Counted from the whole stretch's first letter, positions 9,758 to 20,355 are shown. The stretch is 63,579 nt of DNA, filler included, from 4 parts of 4 records of this genome joined end to end with filler, not necessarily neighbours in it, one strand, 5' to 3'. Notes: generated by a model not told the origin, from the sequence alone. Made by a program: numbers and translations.

Positions 9758-10802
9758 AGATAACAAGTTCAAATTCATTGACCTCTTCGCGGGCATTGGC
9801 GGCTTTCACTTGGCATTAAAAGCGCTGGGTGGAGAATGTGTATTCGCAAGTGAAATTGACCCAAAAGCTCAGCAAACATATAAAGCTAACCACGGTGGAG
9901 AAGTTCACGGTGATATTAGAAAAATTACCGCGCCGGAAAAACTGGACGAGCTCATTGATTTAATGATCGATGACCATGAAGTTCTGGCTGCAGGCTTTCC
10001 TTGCCAGCCCTTCAGTCTGGCCGGTGTATCCGCACGAAATTCGCTTGGCCAATCGCACGGTCTTTTGGATGAAGCGCAAGGCACATTGTTTTATGATATT
10101 GCGCGCATAGTAAGAGTTAAACGGCCGCGTATCATGATATTGGAAAACGTAAGCAATATCGTGAACCATGACGGTGGCCGTACCTTTGAAACAATTAGAG
10201 AAATTATCAGCAAAGAACTTGGGTATCATTTTCATTTCGACGTAATTAATTCTGAAAGAATGTTGCCTCAACGCAGAAGACGCTGTTTCATGGTTGCTTT
10301 TAGAGAACCTGTCAGCAACTTTAAGTTCCCGGAACCTCAAGGCGCCTCAATTCCGCTTTTTACAGCTTTGGAAAATAATGTCGGTGAGCAATATACTATT
10401 TCTGACCGTGCATGGATTGGGCATCAACGCAGAACCAAAGCAAATCTGGAGCGAGGAACCGGCTTTACAGCCTATGAGGCTGATTTAAGCCGTCCTGCAA
10501 ATACGCTCGTTGCACGTTATTACAAAGACGGCAAAGAGTGCCTGATTCCGCAAATTGGAAAGAATCCACGCATGCTCACCCCAAGAGAGTGCGCACGGCT
10601 TCAAGGGTTTCCTGAAGATTTTGTACCACACCCATCGAAATCTGTTGCTTACAAACAATTTGGGAACGCAGTACCGGTACCGGTCGTTAGAGCAGTAGCT
10701 CAAAATGCTCTGGAGGCTGTGAAGGATTACGATAATGACAGATCGACTTTCACCGAAAGAACGATCCCGGAACATGGCGGCGATAAAGTCATCCAACACT
10801 AA
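9750..10802 (+). CDS. dcm: DNA cytosine-5 methyltransferase, Dcm/EcoRII-like
   Basis: Motif I DLFAGIGG, motif IV GFPCQPFS, motif VI ENV, PQRRRR, LTPRECARLQGFP and QFGNAV; ARYYKDG segment typical of Dcm/EcoRII-type enzymes. Confidence 0.93.
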   Translation: MPKDNKFKFIDLFAGIGGFHLALKALGGECVFASEIDPKAQQTYKANHGGEVHGDIRKITAPEKLDELIDLMIDDHEVLAAGFPCQPFSLAGVSARNSLGQSHGLLDEAQGTLFYDIARIVRVKRPRIMILENVSNIVNHDGGRTFETIREIISKELGYHFHFDVINSERMLPQRRRRCFMVAFREPVSNFKFPEPQGASIPLFTALENNVGEQYTISDRAWIGHQRRTKANLERGTGFTAYEADLSRPANTLVARYYKDGKECLIPQIGKNPRMLTPRECARLQGFPEDFVPHPSKSVAYKQFGNAVPVPVVRAVAQNALEAVKDYDNDRSTFTERTIPEHGGDKVIQH

Positions 10803-11171
10803 GCCGGAACTGGTTGTCCGGAAATATTTGCACTCAAGGGGTTTGCGTTATTCGCTGCACCGCAAGGATTTACCCGGCAAGCCTGATATAGTTCTTGCAG
10901 GCCGACGATCTGTAATATTTGTACATGGATGTTTTTGGCACGGGCACCAAAATTGTAAACACTTTAGAATTCCAAAAACCCGGAGTGATTGGTGGCGCAA
11001 TAAAATTGAAAAAATATTGCTCGCGATCAATCAAATATAGAAACCCTTTTACAGGCAGATTGGAAAGTTGAAGTAATCTGGGCCTGCCAGATAAATTCAA
11101 CTAGCCTTATCCAATTAGCTGATAAGTTACGGTCTAGAAACTTATCCACCCCACCATCGCCTTCCCCATAA
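10735..11171 (+). pseudogene. vsr: Very-short-patch repair endonuclease Vsr, frameshifted at an A6 run (11009-11014)
   Basis: RSRNMAAIKSSNTKPE, LPGKPDIV and FVHGCFWHGH motifs. The in-frame ORF stops at 11040, but the expected C-terminus NIARDQSNIETLLQADWKVEVIWACQ continues in the -1 frame to TAA at 11171. Confidence 0.8.
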
Positions 11172-11197
11172 TGCTCTGCAACCAGAACGGAGCGCGT

Positions 11198-11686
11198 ATG
11201 AACATCGCCGTCGCCATAGAAAGAAACAGGATTGCGCTTTTGCGGATTGTTTTTTGCTGGCTAAGCGCGGCCTATGCCATCAATGTGCGCGCAGACAAAC
11301 CGCTACCGCGCCGCCTGTCCGCATGGGCTCTTGAGCTCATCATAAATGCTGAAAAAGCCGCCGGATGCTTGCTGGTCGCGATTTTCTATCATGGCCAAAC
11401 CAATAAGCGTTTTGCGCCGGACTATGAGAAAGCGGCGCGTGTCTTTATGGCTTTCAACAGCGCGATCACGCCAGGCACGCTTACAATTGGTGGCATTATC
11501 AAACGCCTAAAATCTCTGCGTTATATATTGCTTAATCTGCGCGCTATCGTGCGGCGATTGGCTCATAGTATTGCTGCCCGAGCGCGGGTTGAGGCGATGA
11601 AACTTGCCGCGCAAGGCAATGCGTTTTCTCACAGCACCTCCACGACGCGCCCTGCCCTTAAGCTTGAACACGCCATCCCGCCCTGA
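11198..11686 (+). CDS. Hypothetical protein
   Basis: ORF with GGAG ribosome-binding site before ATG 11198; no recognisable motif. Confidence 0.55.
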   Translation: MNIAVAIERNRIALLRIVFCWLSAAYAINVRADKPLPRRLSAWALELIINAEKAAGCLLVAIFYHGQTNKRFAPDYEKAARVFMAFNSAITPGTLTIGGIIKRLKSLRYILLNLRAIVRRLAHSIAARARVEAMKLAAQGNAFSHSTSTTRPALKLEHAIPP

Positions 11687-11781
11687 TGCCACTTACATTG
11701 CTGTGTCGTTTACATTGCCTCAAAACCCGAGTGTGATGATGCAGGTGCACATCATGTCAGTAAACAGAAGTTCGCGCTTTG

Positions 11782-11849
11782 TTTAAACCGATTTAAAACA
11801 TTTAAATTTACCAAGTCTGTGAATTCTTCATGATTTCAATCGTTTAATA
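11782..11849. promoter_or_regulatory. Two LacI-type palindromes upstream of gap (PckR-like sites)
   Basis: TTTAAACCGATTTAAA (11782-11797) and TTTCAATCGTTTAATA (11834-11849), both with the AAnCGnTT core of LacI-family operators. Confidence 0.5.
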
Positions 11850-11935
11850 AATTTTTAGAGGGTTTCGTTTTTAAAAAAATTAAACTAAGTGGCGGCAACC
11901 AAACGTGAATCAACGATACAATCTGGAGATTATTG

Positions 11936-12988
11936 ATGACTATTCGTGTTGCCATTAACGGATTCGGACGCATTGGCCGACTGACTTACCGCGCCATTCA
12001 TGAGCTTGGTTGTGATGATATTGAAGTTGTTGCGATTAACAATTCTGGTCCGGTTTCCACCCACGCACATTTGCTTCGTTATGATTCTGTACACGGCCTT
12101 TTTCCGGGTGAAGTCACCGAAGTCGAAAAAGGCTTTGATACCGGTCGCGGTTTAGTGCCGTTTTTTGCAGACCGCAATCCGGCCAATTTGCCTTGGGCCG
12201 ATCTGGGTGTTGATATTGTGCTGGAATGTACGGGCGCATTTAATTCGACTGAAAAATCCATGCCGCATATAGAGGCAGGCGCAAAGCGCGTGCTCTTATC
12301 CGCACCAGGAAAACCTGCTGATAAAACCATTGTTTACGGCGTAAACCACGATGAAATCACGCCGGATGATCTGGTGGTTTCCGCTGCTTCCTGCACCACC
12401 AATTGCCTTGCGCCGATTGCCTATATTCTCAACGATGCTGTGGGCATAGAACACGGGTTTATGACGACGGTTCACTCTTTTACAGGCGACCAGCCAACGC
12501 TCGACCGTCACCATAAGGATGTTTACCGGGCCCGCGGCGCGGCCAATTCCATGATCCCGACATCCACAGGCGCGGCAAAGGCTGTGGGTCTTGTGATCCC
12601 TGAACTGAATGGCAAGCTCGACGGTTCGTCTGTGCGCGTGCCAACACCGAATGTGTCGCTAGTTGATTTGAAATTTGTTGCCTCACGCCAAACGTCCATC
12701 GCCGAGATCAACGCCGCTATGCGCGTTGCCGCCGAGAACCGCTTTAAAGGCATCGTTTCTTACGATCCGGCACCGAAGGTTTCCATCGACTTTAATCACA
12801 ATCCGGCATCATCATGCTTTGCCCCTGCACAGACAAAAGTCATGAGTGGCACCATGGTTCAGGTGATGGCTTGGTATGACAATGAATGGGGCTTTTCCTG
12901 CCGCATGACAGATGTCGCACGGCATATGGGAAAAGTCATGCGAGCGGCGCAGCCCGTCAAAGATGATAGATTGGTAGCTGCCGCTTAG
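11936..12988 (+). CDS. gap: Type I glyceraldehyde-3-phosphate dehydrogenase
   Basis: INGFGRIGR, catalytic ASCTTNCL and WYDNEWGF motifs. Confidence 0.95.
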   Translation: MTIRVAINGFGRIGRLTYRAIHELGCDDIEVVAINNSGPVSTHAHLLRYDSVHGLFPGEVTEVEKGFDTGRGLVPFFADRNPANLPWADLGVDIVLECTGAFNSTEKSMPHIEAGAKRVLLSAPGKPADKTIVYGVNHDEITPDDLVVSAASCTTNCLAPIAYILNDAVGIEHGFMTTVHSFTGDQPTLDRHHKDVYRARGAANSMIPTSTGAAKAVGLVIPELNGKLDGSSVRVPTPNVSLVDLKFVASRQTSIAEINAAMRVAAENRFKGIVSYDPAPKVSIDFNHNPASSCFAPAQTKVMSGTMVQVMAWYDNEWGFSCRMTDVARHMGKVMRAAQPVKDDRLVAAA

Positions 12989-13087
12989 AGCGTTTCGCGT
13001 TTAACTTGAAGCATAAAGTATCAGTTAACGCGTTGAAATCTTTGATTGCAGGCGACGGTAAATGATGGAGGTTTAACGCGAAACGCT
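12989..13087. repeat. About 100-bp element with 17-bp terminal inverted repeats between convergent gap and prfB
   Basis: AGCGTTTCGCGTTTAAC (12989-13005) and GTTTAACGCGAAACGCT (13071-13087) are complementary at 16 of 17 positions. Confidence 0.75.
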
Positions 13088-14212
13088 TAATTCAGATCTT
13101 CGACCTCATCCGTGCCGCCATTCACTTTGGCGGCCAAGGCCGCTTCCATGAATGGATCAAGCGCACCATCGAGCACATCGTTTGGCGAGGTTGATTCAAC
13201 GCCTGTGCGCAGATCTTTGACAAGCTGATAGGGCTGCAAAACATAAGAGCGAATTTGATGGCCCCAGCCAATATCGGTTTTGCCATCATGTTCAGATGCG
13301 GCTGCATCTTCGCGCTTTTTCATTTCCATATCATAGAGGCGCGCGCGCAATGCTTTCATACAGTTGGCGCGGTTCTGGTGCTGTGACTTTTCAGATGAAG
13401 TCACAACGATGCCCGTTGGAAAGTGCGTGATACGCACAGCCGAGTCGGTCGTATTGACGTGCTGACCGCCCGCGCCTGATGAGCGGAACGTATCAATGCG
13501 GATGTCTTTATCCAACACTTCCACTTCGATGTTATCGTCAATTACTGGATAAACACCGACAGAGGAGAACGATGTGTGGCGGCGGTCATTGGAATCAAAC
13601 GGCGAAATACGCACCAAGCGATGCACGCCTGTTTCCGTTTTAAGCCAGCCATAGGCATTGTGGCCTTTTACCAAAATCGTTGCTGATTTGATGCCCGCTT
13701 CATCGCCCGATGAATATTCCTGCAGTTCGACTTTAAAGCCGCGGCGTTCCGCCCAGCGCGAATACATGCGGAACAGCATGCTTGCCCAGTCTTGGCTTTC
13801 TGTGCCGCCAGCGCCCGAATGCACCTCGACGAATGTATCGCTGGAATCAAGCTCGCCAGACAGCAACGCTTCAATCGACATTTTTTCAATGTCGCCTTGC
13901 ATCGCGCGGATGGCTTCTTCGGCGTCGGTAACCGTTTCCTGATCGCTCTCCTCTTCGCCCATGGCGATGAGTTCGATATTGTCTGCCAAGCCTTGGTCAA
14001 AGCTGATGATTGCTTTGGTCATTTCCTCAAGGCGTTGGCGCTCCTGCATCAGCTTTTGGGCTTCGGCAGGATCGTTCCACAAATCAGGGTCTTCAGCGCA
14101 GGAGTTTAAATAGTCGAGCCGTTTAGATGCGACATCCCAGTCAAAGATGCCTCCTCAGCAGGGCGATCGCCTGCTTAATGTCGTCGACAAGTGCCGAAAT
14201 TTCCGCGCGCAT
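13087..14212 (-). CDS. prfB: Peptide chain release factor 2, with programmed +1 frameshift
   Basis: ATG 14212 gives MRAEISALVDDIKQAIALLRRHL, then CTT TGA C, then DWDVASKRLDYL in the +1 frame; SPF and GGQ motifs present. Confidence 0.97.
14140..14155 (-). promoter_or_regulatory. prfB +1 frameshift cassette (AGGAGG-cat-CTTTGAC)
   Basis: Internal Shine-Dalgarno AGGAGG lies 3 nt before the CTT TGA C slippery stop. Confidence 0.95.
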
Positions 14213-14311
14213 TTATTTAGTCCAATATTTTAAGGTGAGAGCAAAGATGCTCGTTGTCGGCTTGTAGGAAAGGTTTGAGGGGCTTGTAAAGGCCCAATAG
14301 GATCTGGCGCG

Positions 14312-16777
14312 TCAGAAAAGACCGCCGGACCCTTGTTGAATGGCTTCATGCACCTGCGGCGAGATTTCCATCTGGCGCTGTTGTTCCTGCTCCATCGTAA
14401 ATTGATCACCAATCACAAAGTATGAGTCTGCAGGTCCTGTGCCCGGTTTGAACGCTTCGACAATTGTGTCTTCGCCTTCTTCACCCGTTGCTGCCATACC
14501 GGTTTTGCGGTTGATTTTAATCAACGACATACCATCAGGTACTTTGAACGAAACAGGCGGTTGGTCTTTAAGCGCAGCTTCCATAAACTCTTTGAACACA
14601 GGCGCGGCCAAGCCGCCGCCAGTAGAGGCGCGGCCCATGGATTTAGGGTTGTCAAAGCCAATGAATACGCCGGTCACCATATTGGGCGTATAGCCGATGA
14701 ACCAGGCGTCTTTATAATCGTTGGTTGTGCCTGTTTTACCAGCGATTGGACGGCCAAGCACTTTAAGGCTTGTTGCCGTACCGCGCTGAATAACGCCTTC
14801 CATCATCGATGTGATCTGGTAGGCAGTCATCGGGTCAAGAACCTGATCGCGTGTATCGACCAATTCAGGCTCTGGCTGATCGAGCCATTGCGTAGCACTA
14901 CAGCCCTCACAAAGGCGGCTGTCTTGCTTGTAGATCGTTTTGCCGTAGCGGTCTTGCACACGGTCAATGATAGACGGTTTGATTTGGCGGCCGCCATTGG
15001 CAAGCACAGAATAGGCTGAAACCATGCGCATGACGGTTGTTTCACCAGAACCAAGCGCCATGGCGAGCACTGGCAGCATTTTGTCATAAATACCAAATTG
15101 CTCAGCATATTCGGCAACCAGACGCATGCCCATATCTTGGGCCAAGCGCACGGTCATCAAGTTACGTGATTTTTCGATGCCAAGACGCAAAGTCGACGGA
15201 CCTGCGCCCTCGCCTGAATAGTTTTTCGGCTCCCACAATTTACCGCCTGAAACAAGGCTGATGGGTGCATCAAGAATAACAGATGCTGGCGTGTAGCCAT
15301 TATCAAGCGCTGCCGCATAGACGAACGGCTTGAATGATGAGCCAGGCTGGCGATAGGCCTGCGTGGCGCGGTTAAACTGTGATTGATAATAGGAAAATCC
15401 ACCTGTCATCGCCAAAACACGGCCGGTATTTGGATCCATAGAGACCAAAGCGCCAGACACTTTAGGCAATTGGCGCAAACCATAAGTGTTTTCGGCTTCT
15501 ATATACTCAACATAAACAACATCGCCAGGCTTTACTACTTCTGAGACAGACTTCGCTGTAACGCGGTTGTCGTTGCTATCGCGCATTTTGAAAGCCCATT
15601 TCAGGTTTTCAGTGGTGATCTCACCTGTTTTGCGGGTTCCATCAACAGTGCCTGCGATATCTTTTGAAGGGCGCAGACCAAAGGTGATACCCTCTTCGCT
15701 TACGGTTAGAACCACAGCAACCTTCCACTCTGGGCGGTCGTTTAATTCGCTTTCATCGGCAAGCGGAATGCCCCAGTCGCCTGAAACATCAATATGTCTC
15801 TTCGGCGCGCGCCAACCCCATGATTTGTCGAAATTGATCAACGCATCTTGTAGCGCGATACGCGCAAGGTCTTGCAAATGCGGATCAAGTGTTGTGCGGA
15901 CAGAAAGGCCACCTTCATAGAGAGCCTTCTCTCCATAGCGGTTTATGACCTCTTTGCGGGCTTCTTCAGTGAAGTATTCGGCTGAGAACACATAGTCGCC
16001 AGAACGACGATAATTGACGTCCAAACCTTTGGCTTGCGCGATGTCGCCCTCTTCTCGGGTTACGTAGCCATTTTCAACCATACGGTCGATGATCCAGTTA
16101 CGGCGCTCAATAGCGGCTTCGGTATCATCAAAAGGATCGTAGTTGCTTGGCGCTTTAGGCAGTGTTGCAAGATAGGCTGCTTCGTGCAGATCAAGCTCGT
16201 TCACTGCTTTGCCAAAATAGGTCAAAGCTGCGCCAGCGAGACCATAAGCGCCTTTACCAAAGAAAATTTCATTAAGGTAAAGTTCGAGAATGCGGTCTTT
16301 AGAATAGGCTTGTTCAATTCTGAACGCCAAAATCGCTTCTTTGAGTTTACGTGTGTAAGTGCGTTCATTGGTCAGCAGGAAGTTTTTTGCGACCTGCTGC
16401 GTGATCGTAGAGGCACCAACAAGGCGCTTTCCTTCAGCAAGGCGTTTAAGATTGCCAACCATTGCGCGTGAAAGCGCGAAGAAGTCTACACCGCGGTGCG
16501 AGTAGAAGTTTTTATCTTCTGCTGACAAGAATGCTGCTTTTACGCGATCAGGTACGGCTTGAATGGGAATATAAAGGCGGCGTTCACGCGCAAACTCACC
16601 CATAAGCTGGCCATCAACGGAGTGAATACGCGTTGTTACCGGCGGTTCATAGTTTTCTAAAACCTCATAGTCCGGTAATTCCTTCGACAAGTCGCCGATG
16701 AAAATGAATACACCCGCAGCGACGAGCAAAAACAGCACGATACCAATGCCGAAAAAATATCCCAGTAGTCTTAACAT
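14312..16777 (-). CDS. mrcA: Penicillin-binding protein 1A
   Basis: Transglycosylase EDKNFYSHRG and GASTITQQ; transpeptidase SSFK, SRN and KTG motifs. Confidence 0.95.
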   Translation of the reverse strand: MLRLLGYFFGIGIVLFLLVAAGVFIFIGDLSKELPDYEVLENYEPPVTTRIHSVDGQLMGEFARERRLYIPIQAVPDRVKAAFLSAEDKNFYSHRGVDFFALSRAMVGNLKRLAEGKRLVGASTITQQVAKNFLLTNERTYTRKLKEAILAFRIEQAYSKDRILELYLNEIFFGKGAYGLAGAALTYFGKAVNELDLHEAAYLATLPKAPSNYDPFDDTEAAIERRNWIIDRMVENGYVTREEGDIAQAKGLDVNYRRSGDYVFSAEYFTEEARKEVINRYGEKALYEGGLSVRTTLDPHLQDLARIALQDALINFDKSWGWRAPKRHIDVSGDWGIPLADESELNDRPEWKVAVVLTVSEEGITFGLRPSKDIAGTVDGTRKTGEITTENLKWAFKMRDSNDNRVTAKSVSEVVKPGDVVYVEYIEAENTYGLRQLPKVSGALVSMDPNTGRVLAMTGGFSYYQSQFNRATQAYRQPGSSFKPFVYAAALDNGYTPASVILDAPISLVSGGKLWEPKNYSGEGAGPSTLRLGIEKSRNLMTVRLAQDMGMRLVAEYAEQFGIYDKMLPVLAMALGSGETTVMRMVSAYSVLANGGRQIKPSIIDRVQDRYGKTIYKQDSRLCEGCSATQWLDQPEPELVDTRDQVLDPMTAYQITSMMEGVIQRGTATSLKVLGRPIAGKTGTTNDYKDAWFIGYTPNMVTGVFIGFDNPKSMGRASTGGGLAAPVFKEFMEAALKDQPPVSFKVPDGMSLIKINRKTGMAATGEEGEDTIVEAFKPGTGPADSYFVIGDQFTMEQEQQRQMEISPQVHEAIQQGSGGLF

Positions 16778-16964
16778 AAGGCAATATTACCTGCGTGAGT
16801 GTGTGCGCAAAGCGCTAAAATTAATGTTCTTCAAAGCCAATGGTACCCAATTTAGACGTTAAAAAGGCGAACCGCGGCAAAAGAATCGTTATCATCATAC
16901 AGCGTTCGTCGGCGTTGCTAAAGTACAACAAGACAGTTTCGACAAAGCGATGTCATTGCGCCCC

Positions 16965-18242
16965 TTACTGAGCGCCGCCAATTTCGATTGAATGGCCTGA
17001 TAGTTCAGCGAATCTGGCAATCGACTGCGCAATTTGAGCGGCAGTTTTCTCGCGCCATTCTGGATCGGTTAGTTGCGCTTCATCTTGCCGATTGGATAAA
17101 AAGCCAAGCTCAATAAGGACCGATGGCACATCTGGCGCTTTCAATACGCGAAAACCTGCATGACGGTGCGGATTCTTGATCATATTTGTGACTTTGCTGA
17201 TGGCATCCACGGCAAGGCGTGCAAATTGCACAGAAAAGCCCAAAGTTTCACGCCGCGCCAGATCGATTAGAATATTCGAGACATTGTCCGGTTCATCATC
17301 GAAGGTCAGACCCGCAATAGCATCCGATTTGTTCTCTGATTCTGCCAGTTGCGCGGCAACACGGTCAGATGCGCGTTCAGAGATGGTGTAAACTGTTGCG
17401 CCGCGCACATCGCGCTCTCGAACAGAATCGGCATGAAGAGAAACGAAAAGTGACGCGTTGCGTTCACGCGCGAAGCGCACCCGCCCGCCCAGCGAAATGA
17501 ACACATCGTCTTCGCGCGACAGAACCGCCTCAATGCCGGAAATTTTATCGAGTTCGGCTTTGAGCGATTTAGCAAAAGCCAGCGTGATATGTTTTTCTAG
17601 GATGCGTTTGTCGCCAACCGCGCCGCTATCAATGCCGCCGTGGCCGGCGTCAACAACAACGATAAAGCGGTCTTTTCGCTGAATTGTGCCCTGCTCTGCA
17701 CCCAGTCGGTCGCTTTTATCTGCGGTGCTTACGACAGCACTTGTACGCATCCGGTCAAACATCGCCGCGCGAAACTGGTCTGGGTCGGTTTTAACAATGT
17801 CGATCACCAGACGCTGTGTTTGCGTTTGCGGATTATCGAGCATTTCCATTTTGACGATTTTAAATGGTTTTTCCATTTCAAAGATCATCCGCGAACTGGC
17901 TTCGCTCATATCGCCCCACCGCATATCTGTGGCAAAACCAGACCATGTGTCTGGTTTGGGGGCAAAGCTAAACCCAATACGGTCAAAATCGAGAACCAAG
18001 CGCCAAGGATGCTCTAACAGCTGTGGAACTGCATCCACCGTCCGGTCAAAATCGATGATTATGCGACTTGAATTGTCATCACCAACAACGCGCACATCAA
18101 GAGCAAGCGCACGCGGCACTGAATTAGACGCCTGAGCCCATGTTGGATTGACGAATTGACAATGCAAAAGCGCAATCAACAACGCGCCCAAAATTGCGCG
18201 CAAAGCCGAGTTTCGCGTTGATTTTGGTAATTCAAATGCCAA
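16965..18242 (-). CDS. amiC: N-acetylmuramoyl-L-alanine amidase (AMIN plus Amidase_3)
   Basis: DAGHGGID, SLHAD and PSVLIELGFLSN motifs; signal peptide; usual rne-amiC-mrcA-prfB gene order. Confidence 0.9.
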   Translation of the reverse strand: MAFELPKSTRNSALRAILGALLIALLHCQFVNPTWAQASNSVPRALALDVRVVGDDNSSRIIIDFDRTVDAVPQLLEHPWRLVLDFDRIGFSFAPKPDTWSGFATDMRWGDMSEASSRMIFEMEKPFKIVKMEMLDNPQTQTQRLVIDIVKTDPDQFRAAMFDRMRTSAVVSTADKSDRLGAEQGTIQRKDRFIVVVDAGHGGIDSGAVGDKRILEKHITLAFAKSLKAELDKISGIEAVLSREDDVFISLGGRVRFARERNASLFVSLHADSVRERDVRGATVYTISERASDRVAAQLAESENKSDAIAGLTFDDEPDNVSNILIDLARRETLGFSVQFARLAVDAISKVTNMIKNPHRHAGFRVLKAPDVPSVLIELGFLSNRQDEAQLTDPEWREKTAAQIAQSIARFAELSGHSIEIGGAQ

Positions 18243-18763
18243 CGGTATCCATTCCCTTTTGGCCGGTGATTGCGGTTGCCCACAGTAGAATAATTATGGT
18301 TAACCAGATGTTTATTTTTCAAGCAATTGCTCAATTTGGAAATTTTTAAACGGTAAAATTAAAACACTTGCACCAAGACCTGCAAAAAACTAAGTATAGG
18401 TATCGCTCCAAGGATGCAGCGAGCAACAGAATTTATCGTTGACCGATATGCTAGGTCGCCGATTTTAACAGGGATCAAACGATCCCCACCTGATTAATTA
18501 GGTGTAATCACCGGTCGTGTATGAAGCGACCTTATTTAAATGGAATGCCGGTTCGGCCATGGGAATGTTTACAAACGCAATCAGGATAGTGAGTTCGCAC
18601 TTAGCGATTCATCCGATTGCGACTACCATGCGCCGCCGATGCCATCATAACAAATCAGCCCGCCGCGGCGCACTCATAAACATGCGATCGTTAGAAAACG
18701 CGCATTGCTTGAGCTTTAATGGGTCTCCCATCCCGTCCGCGCGGCCTGCCGGAATAAAATATA

Positions 18764-20255
18764 ATGTCCAACAAAATGCTTATCGATTCCTCCCACCCGG
18801 AGGAAACACGGGTCGTCGTTGTCAAAGGTAATCGCCTAGAAGATTTTGATTTCGAATCACAACATAAACGTCAAATTCGCGGGAATATCTATCTCGCAAA
18901 AGTTACACGTGTAGAACCATCGCTACAGGCTGCTTTCGTCGATTACGGCGGGAATCGCCACGGCTTTCTCGCGTTTAGCGAAATTCATCCTGATTATTAT
19001 CAAATTCCTTTAGCAGACCGTCAGGCGCTGCTTGAAGAAGAAGCTGCTTTGGCCGATGCCGAAGAAGCTGATGATGATGCAGAAGCTGAAGCACGCAGCC
19101 AAGGCGGCAATCGCAATCGTGGCCGCAAGAGCCGCGGTGATGATCGCAACAGCCGGGGCCGTAACCGCCGTGGTCGCGGCAACAACAACAATTCAAACAA
19201 TACCAATGTGCCAGCGGCTGAGCCAGTCAATTTTGAAGAAATCTTGGCAGCTTACGAAGCCAAGCTTCCAAAAGAAGAAGAAACCATAAGCATCGCTGCT
19301 CTGGTTGAAGGCGCTGAAACAATTTCTGAAGATGTCGACATTGATGATAATGACGATGATGATTCAGATGATGAAGATGCACCCGAAGAGGCGGACGTTG
19401 TTGCTGATAGCGACGATGCGATAGAAGACAGCCGCCCTCGCCGCCGTTCATCACGTCGCCAATATAAAATTCAAGAAGTGATTAAACGCCGCCAAGTTAT
19501 TCTTGTGCAGGTCGTTAAAGAAGAACGCGGCAACAAAGGCGCAGCGCTTACAACTTATATGTCGCTTGCTGGCCGTTATTCTGTGCTGATGCCAAATACG
19601 GCGCGCGGCGGCGGTATTTCGCGCAAGATTACGAATATTGCTGACCGCAAACGTCTTAAAGACATGGTCAAAGATCTTGATGTGCCAAAAGGCATGGGCG
19701 TTATCCTTCGCACAGCGGGTGCTAACCGCACACGCGGTGAAGTCAAACGCGACTATGAATATTTGATGCGCCTATGGGACAATGTTCGTGATCTAACGCT
19801 TTCATCAAGCGCGCCAACGCTTGTGTATGAAGAAGGCAGTTTGATTAAGCGCTCTATCCGCGATCTGTTCACAAAAGAAATCAGTGAAGTTGTTGTGGCG
19901 GGTGAAGCTGGTTTCCGCGAAGCCAAAGAATTTATGCGTATGTTGATGCCAGGCAGTGCCAAACAGGTAAAGCCTTGGCTGGAAAACTCGCCGATTTTTG
20001 CCCGCACGGGCATGGAAGCGCAGCTTGATCGTCTGATGACGCCGCAAGTGACGTTGAAATCTGGTGGTTACCTCATCATCAACCAGACAGAAGCTTTGGT
20101 AGCCATCGATGTGAACTCTGGCAAATCAACACGCGAACATTCGGTTGAAGAAACGGCGATTGCGACCAACCTTGAGGCGGCCGAAGAAGTGGCCCGTCAG
20201 CTGCGCCTGCGCGACCTTGCTGGTTTGATCGTGATCGACTTCATCGACATGGAAG
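18764..20255 (+). CDS. rne: Ribonuclease E, 5' part (truncated at contig end)
   Basis: MLIDSSHPEETRV, EPSLQAAFVDYG and IDVNSG motifs; Arg/Asp-rich insert in the S1 domain as in alphaproteobacteria. Confidence 0.96.
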
Positions 20256-20355
20256 NNNNNNNNNNNNNNNNNNNNNNNNNNNNNNNNNNNNNNNNNNNNT
20301 TAATTAATTAANNNNNNNNNNNNNNNNNNNNNNNNNNNNNNNNNNNNNNNNNNNN
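20256..20355. other. Artificial contig spacer (N44-TTAATTAATTAA-N44)
   Basis: Identical linker at all three gaps; gene content and composition change across it. Confidence 0.99.

Noticed and set aside
20300-20311. TTAATTAATTAA palindrome, repeated three times in the window
   Set aside because: Artificial stop linker inside the N spacers; ORFs running into it are artefacts.
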